Position numbers and translations under genes: made by a program
Notes under the pieces: model-generated
Databases searched by the model: none
Seen by the model: only the letters and a program-made list of their open reading frames with translations
What the model was told of the DNA's origin: nothing
NCBI GenBank assembly: GCA_951406725.2
Contig: OX597831.1
Span: 33,728,001-33,792,000 of the forward strand
DNA from: Octopus vulgaris
Taxonomy: Eukaryota
Length of the DNA: 64,000 nt
Direction: 5' to 3'
In this document: in pieces, positions 13,551-25,737 of the stretch
How the letters are laid out: every line of letters begins with the position of its first letter
How positions within the stretch are numbered: the first letter of the stretch is position 1

Positions 13551-15136
13551 GATATATATATATATATATACATACATAGATATATATATATACACATATA
13601 CATATATATATATATACATACATACATATACATATATACATATATAACATATATATGCACACACGTATATATATATACACACGTACGGACGTGTGCATAT
13701 ATATATAGGTGCATATATATTCATATATTCATACATATACATGTGCGTATACAAGCATGTGTGTATATATGCATTTATACATACATATATATATATATAA
13801 TAGATAGATTTGTAAACATATAACTATATATATAACTAGAAACATTATTTCTAAATCTCTCAAAGAAAAAAAGATCAGTAACAGTTCTATAATATATATA
13901 CCCACGTGTGTATGTATGTATGTATGTATGTATGTATGTATGTATGTATGTATGTATGTATGTATGTATGTATATATGTATGTATGTATGTGTGTATGTA
14001 TGTATGTATGTATGTATGTATGTACGTATGTATGTGTCTATGTATGTATATATATAAAATACAACTACGAACATCCACTGTGAAGCAAATTAAAAACTTT
14101 TGGCAATGAATAAAATAAAATAAATAAATAGATAAATAAAAAATACATAAATAAACTTAAATAAAACATAGCAGAATGAAAATAGTTAATTATTTCACTT
14201 GACAAGAATTTAGATAGATTTCGTGTATTAAACGAAAAATCGTGAAATTTTGACCTGATGTAGCAATACGATAACTGGATATGTTTAACATTGATTGAGA
14301 AGCAATTTAAATCTATCGATTGCTTTGACAGATAATACAGCAAATCGATCGACCGACTAAGAACTGCATAATAATTACTTTACGCCAGTCTTTCGCCGGA
14401 ATGTGGTGTGTGTGTGTGTGAGCGTATGTGGTTATGTATCCATGAGTGTGTTTAAGTGTGAGTGGTTGTGTATGTATGTGTGTACTCAGATCTTACAAGG
14501 GTCGACATTTTCTTTCATGTTTACAAATGTACTCAAACAACATATACCAGTCATAGTAGGGTTGGATAAGGTTAATAGAATCGAATATATTCTATCGTTA
14601 TTGTCCCACACATATATACACACATCCACACAATTGCAAAAAAACAAAACAAAACAAAAACAAAAACAATTCACTTTCGATTAATAAAAGGAAATTGAAA
14701 TCAATTTTCTTCAGATGTTCATTATGAAAAAACCCAACAAAAAACAAAACAGAGACTTAAAGAAGTGAATTATTAGTTTATATGGAAAATTATGAGTGTG
14801 TGTATATATATATGTATATATATATACATATATATGTATATATATATACATATATATGTATATATATATATATATATATAACGATATCATTATTACTAAT
14901 AAATAATAACAATAATAATAACAATAATAATAATGCCATAAAGCATTAAAGGCAAACAGGCAAATTCATGAATATGTAGTTAATTATTAATTATAATTCA
15001 GCGTAGACGAATTACCAGCATTGCTAGAAATAAGTCACCATTTCGCTGAAAATTCAACAGGCTGACGAAAATCGAGGAACGGGTAAAATCTGACTTACCA
15101 TTGCGGCTGAAAGCCACAAATGAGGATCGCAGACAT

Positions 15137-15193
15137 ATCTATATCACGTGATTTCGAACTTAGAGATATTTCGCTTAATTCTCATCAGCAGGT
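15137..15193 (-). ncRNA. Type-I hammerhead ribozyme motif
   Basis: Minus strand: acctg CUGAUGA gaatt...aagttc GAAA UCACGUGA UA tagat; intact core, palindromic stem III, imperfect stem I. Confidence 0.65.
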
Positions 15194-15233
15194 CTCGCTG
15201 TTGCCATAGGTTAAATTTATACTCGCTTCAGTG

Positions 15234-15270
<37 letters not shown>

Positions 15271-15278
<8 letters not shown>

Positions 15279-16052
15279 CAACAATTGAGGGTAAAATGAA
15301 TTAGTTATTAATCAATTTCACCAAGTATTCAGTATGTAAAGGGACCATTTAAGGCGAATTCAAAATATTACATTGTATAAAAGGGCTTAGTAAAATAAAT
15401 TACTTTGCCACATACTGAACTCATTAGAAATAGCAGCCAAAAAAAGATTTTTTAGCCATTTCTAATACTTAAAGAAAATTTCTTTCAGATAGTGTTTACT
15501 CAAAATAACCCACGAAGGTATGGGGGTAAAAACATTAAAAAATCACAAGTGCAAAGATTATTTGAGAACGTACGTTTCTAGATCAACCAAATACAATTCG
15601 ACATTTCTTTCGTCAGCCCAAAATTTCTTAATTCGGATTTGGAAACACTGAAAGTAGGAGCATACCCTTTTGGCGACTTTTCACCTCAGAAGATCCATTC
15701 AGACTAACAGTGCCAACAAATTCAAAATATGCAAGCGAAGAATTCCTGCTCTCCCCCTTCCACCCACGTGGGTCAGACTAGTAAACACCATATTTTATCG
15801 GTGAAAACCGAGGCATTAATCAGAGAGAAATGAATTATAATTTCAACAATTGAGGGTAAAATTAATTAGTTATTAATAAAATATGGTGTTTACTAGTCTG
15901 ACCCACGTGGGTGGAAGGGGGAGAGCAGGAATTCTTCGCTTGCATATTTTGAATTTGTTGGCACTGTTAGTCTGAACGGATCTTCTGAGGTGAAAAGTCG
16001 CCAAAAGGGTATGCTCCTACTTTCAGTGTTTCCAAATCCGAATTAAGAAATT
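15271..16052 (-). mobile_element. Non-coding HHR-bearing retroelement: 565-bp monomer, partial repeat and 177-bp inversion, in (TA)n
   Basis: Direct repeat starting at 15271 and 15836; inverted repeat 15622-15798 vs 15876-16052 (one mismatch seen); HHR at 15561-15622. Confidence 0.75.
15561..15622 (-). ncRNA. Type-I hammerhead ribozyme motif
   Basis: Minus strand: tttggg CUGACGA aaga...tcta GAAA CGUACG UU ctcaaa. Confidence 0.6.
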
Positions 16053-16227
16053 ATATATATATATACATATATATATACATATAAATTATATATATATATA
16101 CATATGTGTGTGTGTGTGTATGTTTGTGTCTATGTGCCTGTGTGTCTGTGTGTGTATGTTCAAATTATTATTTATTCTAGATTTTTCATATTTTATAATT
16201 ACTTGTGTTTTTTTTTCTTAGCGTAAG

Positions 16228-16543
16228 TTTGGAACAATAAAGTTCCGAAGTTCCTATTCGATATTTCCTGACCTTTACAAGACAAATTTCAAGAATTCAA
16301 TAGACTTGGCGTCTATGTTGTTCCATATATATTTGTTGAATTAATGGAGAATTTGTCCACCAATGCCAGACTACCGATGTAGAAACCTAACGGTCAAAAG
16401 ACTTTTGGCGAAAAGTCGACATAAATTTAACAAGTATATAAGAAACAACGTAGAGAACAAGAAAACCTTTCAATTCTCCAAAATGAGAGTGTGTAGGTCT
16501 GGAAATGTCAAACAGGAATTTCGGAACTCTATTGTTCCAAAAT
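16228..16543. mobile_element. Old fold-back MITE-like element
   Basis: tttggaacaataaagttccgaagttcct vs aggaatttcggaactctattgttccaaa; degenerate arms extend about 115 bp. Confidence 0.65.
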
Positions 16544-16754
16544 TCCATGTATTTAAGGAAACAAGTATGAAAGAAAGGCTATACATGCGTGTATATATAT
16601 ATATATATATATGTGGCATCCTTTTGTCTCTGGAGACAATGGAGTTGGGCATAAACTAATCCAGTCTGGTTTTTACATTTCATGTCCTCTCCAGTTTTGT
16701 ACTGGTCTGGGCTAGATGTAAGAAAATCCTGGGTAGCCCAATCGACAGGGTTCC

Positions 16755-17245
16755 TCTCTCGATCTTGCTGACAACAAATGAATACAAAAGTCACCATGAT
16801 AGGTTAGGACAGTATTTACATTGGAAAATATGTAAACACTACAAAATCAGCACTCCTGCTTAATTGTATGAACCTCATCTTGAGCCAGTCGTTGAAGGTA
16901 AAAGCGTCACTATCCTCTGGGATTTTCCACACGGCACCGACAGAACGATCTAGGCTAATCGACCAGACACAATTATCGAAGAAAGGAAAATACTTGTAGA
17001 CTAATAGAACTATTCCCACTGATAAAAATACATCCGTAAAGGAATTTGAGAAATTAAGGAATCATAAGGACCTGTAAATTGAAATACAAAAGATGTGGCA
17101 TCTTAAAGCGAAAACTGTTCCTGTTATTGTAAGTGCCCTAGGTAGGATAAAAAAAAAGGAATGTCAGATTATAACATCTCTTGTCCTTCATTTGCCCTGG
17201 GAAGCTGAGTATGTCTCGGGAAGTGATTGTAACAAACAAGCAGAT
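16755..17245 (+). mobile_element. R4/Dong-type LINE 3' fragment (restriction-like endonuclease)
   Basis: EYKSHHDRLGQYLHWKICKHY...TILWDF...ANRPDTII...KMWHLKAKTVPVIVSALG; stops and frameshifts. Confidence 0.8.
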
Positions 17246-17249
17246 TAAA

Positions 17250-17795
17250 TGCCCTGATGCAGTACCTGGCGCTGGCTCTCATGGCTTCTGATCTTAACTG
17301 ATTGGAAGTGTTATCATGCACATTGTTTTGTCTTGGTATAAAAGATGGGTTACAGTAAATATTCTGCTCAATACCACATATTTGCTTATCACTTACTTGA
17401 CCATAACCAGTTGAGCATGTCCCTTAGTGGCTGACGATATATGCATCTCTGATCACGAGCAGAAGTAGTGGGGGAGCATCATAGCCATGTGTTGAGAGGA
17501 ATTCTTTGGGGTTTGGATAATTCACCACTGGAAACAAGAGATTTTCGTTCAACATCCTTAAACAACACTTATTCAAGGACCTTTTGAGCAGGATGGGCTA
17601 CTCGACCCGAAGAAAATTCTAACTGGGCCCCACCTGCGAAGATATGCGCTGTTTATCTTGATATGAGATCACCACATCGCGCAGATATGGTTGTGATGCA
17701 TGTGCCTGGTATACCTTTAACAGACGGGTAGAAGTGATGGGTATATTGGGCTTCGTATATTTTATTCCAGTGTTACTTTGATGGCCTGCATTGCT
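17250..17795. mobile_element. ~540-bp interspersed repeat associated with TAA tracts, copy 1
   Basis: Homologous to 41548-41824 (same orientation) and 49075-49600 (inverted). Confidence 0.85.
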
Positions 17796-17809
17796 GCGTC
17801 ACTCTATAA

Positions 17810-18800
17810 TAATAGAATTCACGTGCAGACACTGATCGCCTATACATTGAGAGCGCAAATGGAAGAAGGGAACTGAAACGTAGCTAGTGACAGTTAGGAA
17901 CGAGGGAGTATTGAGAGCAGAGAAGAAAAGGAAAACAAAAGAAGAAATACAAGAAGGACATGAAGAAGAATTACGGAAGAAGGGACTACACAACAGTAGG
18001 TGCTAGAAAAAATAGGTGGGATTGGCTGAAGAAAGGAACCCTAAAAAAAGAGACCGAGAGCACTATACTGGCAGTGCAAGACCAAACTTTGGCCATGAAT
18101 TGGAGGGTCAACCTTAGAAATGAGCAAGTGTCTCCGCTGTGCCGCGTCTGCAATGGAGTGGAGGAAACCATTAGCCATATCACGAAAGAACGCCTTAGGC
18201 TTGCCTAAAATCACAAGTTGTGGCGGCACGACCAGGTAGCGAAAATGCCATATTGGAAACTGTGCAAAAAGTGAGAGCTAGAGAGTGACAAATGTGGTAT
18301 GAGCACAAATCGCAGAGAGTAACGGAATATGGGACTAGCAAAATCCTCTTGATTTCCCAATCCAAACAGATCAGGTGCTGGAGTATAACAGACTTAACCT
18401 AGTGGTAGTGAACAAGGTGCACCACATATGTTATATAGTTGATCTTTCATGTCCCTTTGACCTACGAATAGTCAAGAAGGAAGGCAAAAAGATAGATAGA
18501 TACAACCCTCTTAAGTACGAAATAGCCCAGCTATGGAAAGTGAAGAAGATGAAGATGGTGCCAATTATTGTTCAGTCCCTGGGAACAGAATCAGAAGGCA
18601 TCAAGGGGAATGTAAAGGAAATTGAAATAGAGTGCCCCATAGAACTGTTACAAAAGGCTTGCCTCCATCGCACGGCCAGAATAATCAGGAAAGTATTAGA
18701 TAGCCGAAAAGAACGAATAGCATGGTGCCGTATGCTGCAGGTAGTAAACCAGCTATGCATGCAAGACTCTAGGAATTCCGACAAAACCTGTGATAAAGAG
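17810..18800 (+). mobile_element. R4/Dong-type LINE 3' fragment followed by (TAA/TGA)n
   Basis: KETESTILAVQDQ...LCRVCNGVEETISHI zinc knuckle, RHDQVA, IVDLSCPFD...KIDRYNPLKYEIAQLW...VPIIVQSLG. Confidence 0.85.
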
Positions 18801-18827
18801 AAAATAATAATAAAAGTAATAACCATA

Positions 18828-18868
<41 letters not shown>

Positions 18869-19374
18869 AATGATGATCATAATAATAATAATAATAATAG
18901 ACTAGGTATATAACCATATCTATATATTTGTATTTATCAGTCTATCAGCCTCTGTCTGTCCGCCTGTGTTCCTGTATGTCTGCCTGTCTATCTATTCATA
19001 TATATATATATATATATATATATGTAGGTATGTGTGTTTGCGTGTTCATAGGTATACATACATATATGCTTAAATATTTATGCAACAAATACTAATGTCG
19101 TGTACGTACATACATACATACATACATGCACACATACGCAAATACACACACAAGCTTACACGTACATAATAAACTAGTGGACTAATAATCAATCCATACA
19201 GTTTAACTCCCGAAGATAATCATCAATCGTTTATTCATATGCAATTTATTCAGGTGACAGTCTGTTTCATACAAATTGCTATTTTCATGCCTGATAGAAT
19301 TCACCTGAAGATATTCCATGATATGATTATCATATCTCTGTCTAGGTATGTATGTATATGTATAACAAAAGAAT

Positions 19375-19870
19375 ACAACATTGGGATTCAATATTCATAA
19401 CAGTTGTTTCGGCAGGTGTTTATTGCTGCACTCTTAACAAAAATCATAGCGAAAATCTGCCATCATCAGGTAAATTTTAAACACCTAAGGTAGAAAGAGA
19501 AGCGTCATCAGTTCACCTGGAGAAAATTGTTGGTGAACTGGTTAACGTCTGCTACTATCTTATCTTTCGACTATTTCCAGAGGTATGGCAAGGAGCCGAA
19601 TTCTTTCTGCCATACGTATGGCCCTCCGGTAGCAACTATCTCCAGCCAGGGTTTGATCTTTGATCACAGCCTCACATAGTCGTCTGAATCGAGGTGTTGG
19701 ATTAATTTCGGCGTACGGACGCGGAACGCTTACTGTGTCTTTTCTTGCTGACCTCAGTTTTGTAGTCTCCGTTGCAGCTGTCGATGTCAGGTCTTACAGC
19801 CTTTACAATTTTAACAGAGCATTGAGCAACAGTCATGTTGTCGGCATTTTGATTCCTGGCGCGAATCATC
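19375..19870. mobile_element. Interspersed repeat, longer copy of 32290-32626
   Basis: About 320 bp (ggattcaatattcataacagttg...gtgttggat) closely matches the 32.3-32.6 kb copy. Confidence 0.75.
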
Positions 19871-20409
19871 AAGATATAGGTAAGTCTTATTCCAATATTT
19901 AGATGGCTTTCAGTCTTTGATCTCAGTTAACTTTTTCTAAATTACATCTTTAATCTTTATGCTCTTCAACGCCGTTGATTGTTCAATGATATATCAAACT
20001 ATTCTTGAAAAAGAAGGCATAAAATGTTATAAAATTTAATCCGAACTCCCTGTATACTCCGCAAGTCTCACACTCTCTCGAGCTTATCATTGAGAGCACA
20101 GGATCTATTTAACACTTTGACAGGGGCACGTGTTGATATGACAGCAGGATATGTCTACACACCAGTGAACCTGTGCGAGATCTCCTCTAAGCCTTTTAAG
20201 CCTTAGCCATAGAACCATCCTGTAGTACTTGATCTAAAACTGGATCCCTTCGACATGATTGAATAGCCAATTGCAACCAGCGGGGATTCACAGTACAGAC
20301 TGTAGTAGTCGTCCTTTCAATCGCTGAACACAAAACGTGGCTCGCGAGTCCTCTGTTCGGGTGTTTTTTGCTGCGTCACCCTTCTGGGTCAGCATCTCAT
20401 CCTTGTACA

Positions 20410-20565
20410 CCAATCTGTTGTGAGGGTCCTTGTTTCCAGCTGAGTGGATTGGAGCAACGTGAAACGAAGTGCTTTGATCAAGAAAACAACGCACGGCCAG
20501 CTTGGAAATCGAAACCATGACCTCGTGATCTAGACTGCAACACCTTAACCAGTAGGCATTCATAG
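20410..20565 (-). mobile_element. SINE family C-related head, decayed
   Basis: Homologous to 22950-23082 (ccagctgagtgga.tggagcaa.gtgaaa...atcgaaacca). Confidence 0.65.
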
Positions 20566-20762
20566 GTATTGTTACATCAAACCAGAGCTGACGTGGGAGT
20601 ACTTGTAACTGAGGAGTAACTTCATACTCTACAAACTTCTTACCTGGAGTGTCAGCACTGGATGCAATTAAATGTCTGGCTCAAGAAATAGACACACCTA
20701 CACGTCCATTTATTCCACTAATAAATACAACTGAAAATGGCATGACCATTCTTCTAGCCGCT

Positions 20763-20841
<79 letters not shown>

Positions 20842-20842
<1 letters not shown>

Positions 20843-21007
20843 TTTTTTTGTTCTTTTCTTCCCTTTTACGATCCCTCTTGATCGAAAACCTACGCCCCCC
20901 CTTTTTTTTATTTCTTTTGTTTTTTGTTTTTTTCATCCCCCAAAAGAAAAGCTCTACCTTGTAACTTGTCCCATCTGTGTCCAGCCCTGTGTGGCCAATA
21001 AAGAAAC

Positions 21008-21008
<1 letters not shown>
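20842..21008 (+). mobile_element. Probable LINE 3' end inserted in (TATC)n
   Basis: T-rich UTR-like stretch ending ttgtcccatctgtgtccagccctgtgtggccAATAAAgaaa; flanked on both sides by (TATC)n. Confidence 0.55.
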
Positions 21009-21086
<78 letters not shown>

Positions 21087-21134
21087 CCCACCTACATATC
21101 TATCTATCTACCTACCTACTTACCTACTACCTTC

Positions 21135-21180
<46 letters not shown>

Positions 21181-21195
21181 CTCTATCTATCTATC

Positions 21196-21266
<71 letters not shown>

Positions 21267-21313
21267 CTCTATCTATCTCTCTATCTATCTATCTCTATCT
21301 ATCCATCTCCCTC

Positions 21314-21389
<76 letters not shown>

Positions 21390-21714
21390 GGCCGACATTA
21401 ACACATATAAATTGATTAACAGTCTTGCATTTCGTTCTTCATCCCGTGTTTCCGATTTCATATTCTGATGGCATCGACTTTAGATTATATAGCTCCGAAA
21501 TTAATAAATTCCAATAATTGATTTATTTGAATACATTTCTACCCTAGAAAATTTCGCTTTCAGTGTCAGAAATCAATAATCCTTCGAAGAAGAGTGGAAC
21601 TGGTCGGCAGTGATAGTATAGTGGTGGAACTAAATGGTTTGGTTACAACACTTTATCATCCAAGTTCAAATTCTTTGCAATCTGACTTTATCTGGAATCG
21701 ATCCGCATCGGATT

Positions 21715-21745
<31 letters not shown>

Positions 21746-21755
21746 TTATTATTAT

Positions 21756-21866
<111 letters not shown>

Positions 21867-21880
21867 TATTAATAATAATA

Positions 21881-22074
21881 ATACAAATGCCTTCTCAGCG
21901 ACGTACCAGTCCCAGCAGATGACAATGTATTCCTTAAAGAAAAGGAGATACTCTCAAAATACAAAGATCTGGAAACAGAGATAACCCAAATGTGGAGCCT
22001 GAAATCAGAAACAATCTCTATAATAACAGGTGCATTAGGTGATTAACAATACATAATAAAAACATCAGTACTTA

Positions 22075-22128
<54 letters not shown>

Positions 22129-22420
22129 TTAATAATAATAATACAAATGCCTTCTTATCGACGTACCAGTCCCAACAGATGACAATGTATTCTTTAAAGA
22201 AAGGGAGATACTGTCAAAATACAAAGATCTGGAAACAGAGATAACCCTAATGTGGAGCCTGAAAGCAGAAACAATCCCTATAATAACAGGTGCATTAGGT
22301 GATTAACAATACATAATAAAAACATCAGTACTTATGAATATATATCTATGAGAAAATAGCACTACGAGGCACTTTCACTATAGTGAAAATAACAACATCA
22401 AAGCAAACCACAGCACATAT
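21881..22420 (+). mobile_element. Tandemly duplicated R4/Dong 3' fragments, each preceded by (TAA)n
   Basis: 21881-22080 repeats at 22141-22340; CLLIDVPVPTDDNV...SKYKDLETEITLMWSLKAETIPIITGALG; 3' end resumes near 23083-23140. Confidence 0.85.
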
Positions 22421-22421
22421 C

Positions 22422-22823
22422 TTTTTTTTTCTACTCTAGGCACAAGGCCCGAAAATTTGGGGGAGGGGCTAGTCGATTAGATCGACCCCAGTACGCAACT
22501 GGTACTTAATTTATCGACCCCGAAAGGATGAAAGGCAAAGTCTACTTCGGCGGAATTTGAACTTAGAACGTAAAGACAGACGAAATACCTATTTCTTTAT
22601 TACCCACAAGGGGCTAAACACAGAGGGGACAAACAAGGACAGACATAGGTATTAAATCGATTACATCGACTCCAGTGCGTAACTGGTACTTAATTTATCG
22701 ACCCCGAAAGGATGAAAGGCAAAGTCGACCTCGGCGGAATTTGAACTCACAACGTAACGGCAGACGAAATACCGCTAAGCATTTCGCCCGGCGTGCTAAC
22801 GTTTCTGCCAGCTCGCCGCCTTT
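22422..22823 (-). mobile_element. Dimeric SINE family B (head-core-tail1-core-tail2)
   Basis: Two cores (cgaccccgaaaggatgaaaggcaaagtc) joined at cgaaatacctatttcttt. Confidence 0.85.
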
Positions 22824-22835
22824 TAATAAATAAAT

Positions 22836-23082
22836 GTTCCTTCTCGAGCCATGCCAGGCTCATAAGGGCCGGTTTCCCGGTTTTAGTAGCGTAGAAATTC
22901 CCCACCTGGACGGGACGCCGATCCGTCGCAGGATTACTCATTTTTACCAGCTGAGTGGACTGGAGCAATGTGAAAATGAAGTGTTTTGCTCAAGAACACA
23001 ACGCATCACCCAGTCCAGGAATCGAAACCACAACTTTACGATCATGAGTTCAACACCCTAACCACTGAGCCACGCGTCTCCA
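22836..23082 (-). mobile_element. SINE with family C tail type 1 and a variant head
   Basis: Tail matches 3090-3190; head ggagacgcgtggctcagtggttagggtgttgaactcatg...ggtttcgattcc. Confidence 0.8.
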
Positions 23083-23159
23083 CAAATCACAGCACATATC
23101 CAAGACACAGCTGTCCAGTGAAAGCACGTGATAAAAATCAAAATAACAATAATAATTTG

Positions 23160-23736
23160 GGATGAAGCAATGGCACACATTTTTGTAGAAAGCTCTAAGT
23201 TGGCCCAGGGTGGAGATTTAAGAAAAGGCGGCATGATCAAGTTGTGAAAGTTTTGCATTGGAAACTGTCAGAAATTGAGATTTGAAGTTGGAAGCACTTG
23301 GTATGAACATCAAATATAACGATTGCTTGAGGGAGTTGGAAAAATGCAAGATTTTTTAAGGATTTTCCCAATACAAGTGGATAAGAATTTAGAACATAAC
23401 AGGCCAGATATTACGTGGAAAATCGAATTCGCTTACTGATTGATCCATCATGCCCATTTCAGCATTTCAGGACAGTGAACAATGTTGAAAAGTCGAAAAA
23501 ATACAACCCCTTAAAATTTGAGATTGCATGGATTTGGAACATGGGATCTGTAAAGATTGTACCTCTGATAATTGGCGCATTAGGGGCTGGGAGTGTTAAC
23601 ATAGAGAAAGGCTTAAAGGAGATTCGAATGGAATGTCCTGTAAAGCTTCTACAGAAGCTTTGTCTCTTGGAGACATGGAAGATTATCTGAAGTGTTTTGA
23701 GGACTTGATTGCTTGTTAAAAATCATGTGGATATCT
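23160..23736 (+). mobile_element. R4/Dong-type LINE 3' fragment
   Basis: RRHDQVVKVLHWKL, HNRPDI, LLIDPSCPF...KYNPLKFEIAWIWNMGSVKIVPLIIGALG. Confidence 0.8.
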
Positions 23737-23744
23737 AAGCGCTG

Positions 23745-24147
23745 GGATCTTTTCGGTTTGAACGGCAGTTTTTAAGCTAACTAAAAAATTTTAAACTTCG
23801 TATACTGGTAGAATGTGTTTATAAAACATCTTTTTCTCTTGGCTTTATTGAGAAAATTCTATAGTTTGTAAGATATTTGTTGTTTTTTTTCCTTCAATTT
23901 CTGCAATTTAAACCAATCAATGACGTCCATTGAAGTAAAAAAACATTCTGTGCCGTATGACTATGTCCCTCGTTTAAGAAATAGATTGGGTTTATTTACA
24001 TTTGTGTAGAAAAAAAAGATACCCTTCCCCACACCCCTAACCCTAAAACAGATTGAAATGCAATAGATCGATACTAGGGCCATAATTATGGGTGACAATT
24101 TTATATGACAACGCTAGGAAAAACTGCCGTTCAAACCGAAAAGATCC
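23745..24147. mobile_element. MITE with ~27-bp TIRs and 8-bp TSD (Merlin-like ends)
   Basis: ggatcttttcggtttgaacggcagttttt / aaaaactgccgttcaaaccgaaaagatcc; TSD aagcgctg / aagtgctg. Confidence 0.85.
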
Positions 24148-24166
24148 AAGTGCTGCATAATGGTAC

Positions 24167-24674
24167 TGTAGTGGTTATATATATTCATTACAAGGTGCTA
24201 ATGTGGCTGCGTGTATGTTATTACAAGAGTTCATAAAGAGACGAAGAATAAATTCAAGACTTATATATTTACTACATAAAAATATATTTTATTCATTGGT
24301 TAAGGATGAAGCATAATCAACATGTAGAATCTAGTTGAATGAAGTAATCTATGCAAGAAAGTTCATAGATAGGAAATATAGAAATAACGGCTAAGTGGTA
24401 GTTTTCAATCATGTGGCGTAGAGAAATAGATGGACATAGCAATGACGTGAATAGCTCCAAGTCTAAGTGTAATTGATTAAGAAGCGAAGAGCAGGGTTAG
24501 TAAGCTGCTTATATTAATGGAACGCTAGACATTCTAGGGACTTCCAAGAGAAATGCTAAGCTTCTTGAATAATTAAAAATCACGTCTCATGACACAGATG
24601 CTTCGAGAAAGTGAAAGGAGGTTACTCTATAATCTTTATTGCAAGGGAGATCATTCAACTATTTAGCCACTACA
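24167..24674. mobile_element. Possible solo LTR or TG..CA-ended element
   Basis: Ends tgtagtggtta / tagccactaca; flanks gtac / ggac; internal aataaa. Confidence 0.35.
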
Positions 24675-25172
24675 GGACTGAAGCCAAAACCGCGTAGTTT
24701 CAAAGTCAGCATCTTAACCACACAACAATATCTATCTGTATATAGAATTTCGTCATTATAGAGTCCGTAAAATAAGTACCATTTGATAATTCCCTTCGAC
24801 TGTACTCTAACTCCTAATAAGATAATAAAAATGAAATGAAACAATTATATATTTAGGCAGTATTTAAACCGCAAAATAGGACAGAGACTTGATTTTCAAC
24901 ATCAAAGGGAAAATGAGTGAAAAAATAATGGCATAAAAGAATCCATCCACTCCGAAATTACAAAAGTGGTTTGTAAATAGGTGGAGTCGACGAATATTAA
25001 TGGAAGAAGTTAAAAATTTATAGGCGGAACAACGAACTAGATAAAGAGATTAGATTAATTGTCACATGTATGATGTCTTGAAATATATTTTCTACAAATA
25101 TTACTGGCTATTTATACTTTCTCTAGGACTGTGAATACATCATGAAACGATTATACAAATACTCTAGGGAAC

Positions 25173-25278
<106 letters not shown>

Positions 25279-25523
25279 TTATGTATACACGCACATATAT
25301 AAATGTATACATATGTATTGTATTCATGTAAGTATAAATGTGTGAATATAGGTATGGTAATGCAAACAGGAAAAAAAGAACAAAAAATATGAGCATAGGG
25401 ATATTAATTTTGCAGAAACAATAGAATTACTCAAAGAACTGGTTTCGTGCGTTAGCACTGACAAGTACTAAAGCACGAAACTCTCGGACCTTGAGTCATA
25501 CTGTTGCTTCTGCAAAATATTAA

Positions 25524-25568
<45 letters not shown>

Positions 25569-25624
25569 TATAGATAGATAGATAAGCATGTATACGAATA
25601 CATATATATAATATATATATGTGC

Positions 25625-25737
<113 letters not shown>

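Noticed and set aside
15090-15140. Minus-strand splice donor (atg|gtaagtcag) after a short ATG frame
   Set aside because: Lies inside an HHR-bearing repeat; no supporting acceptor or homology.
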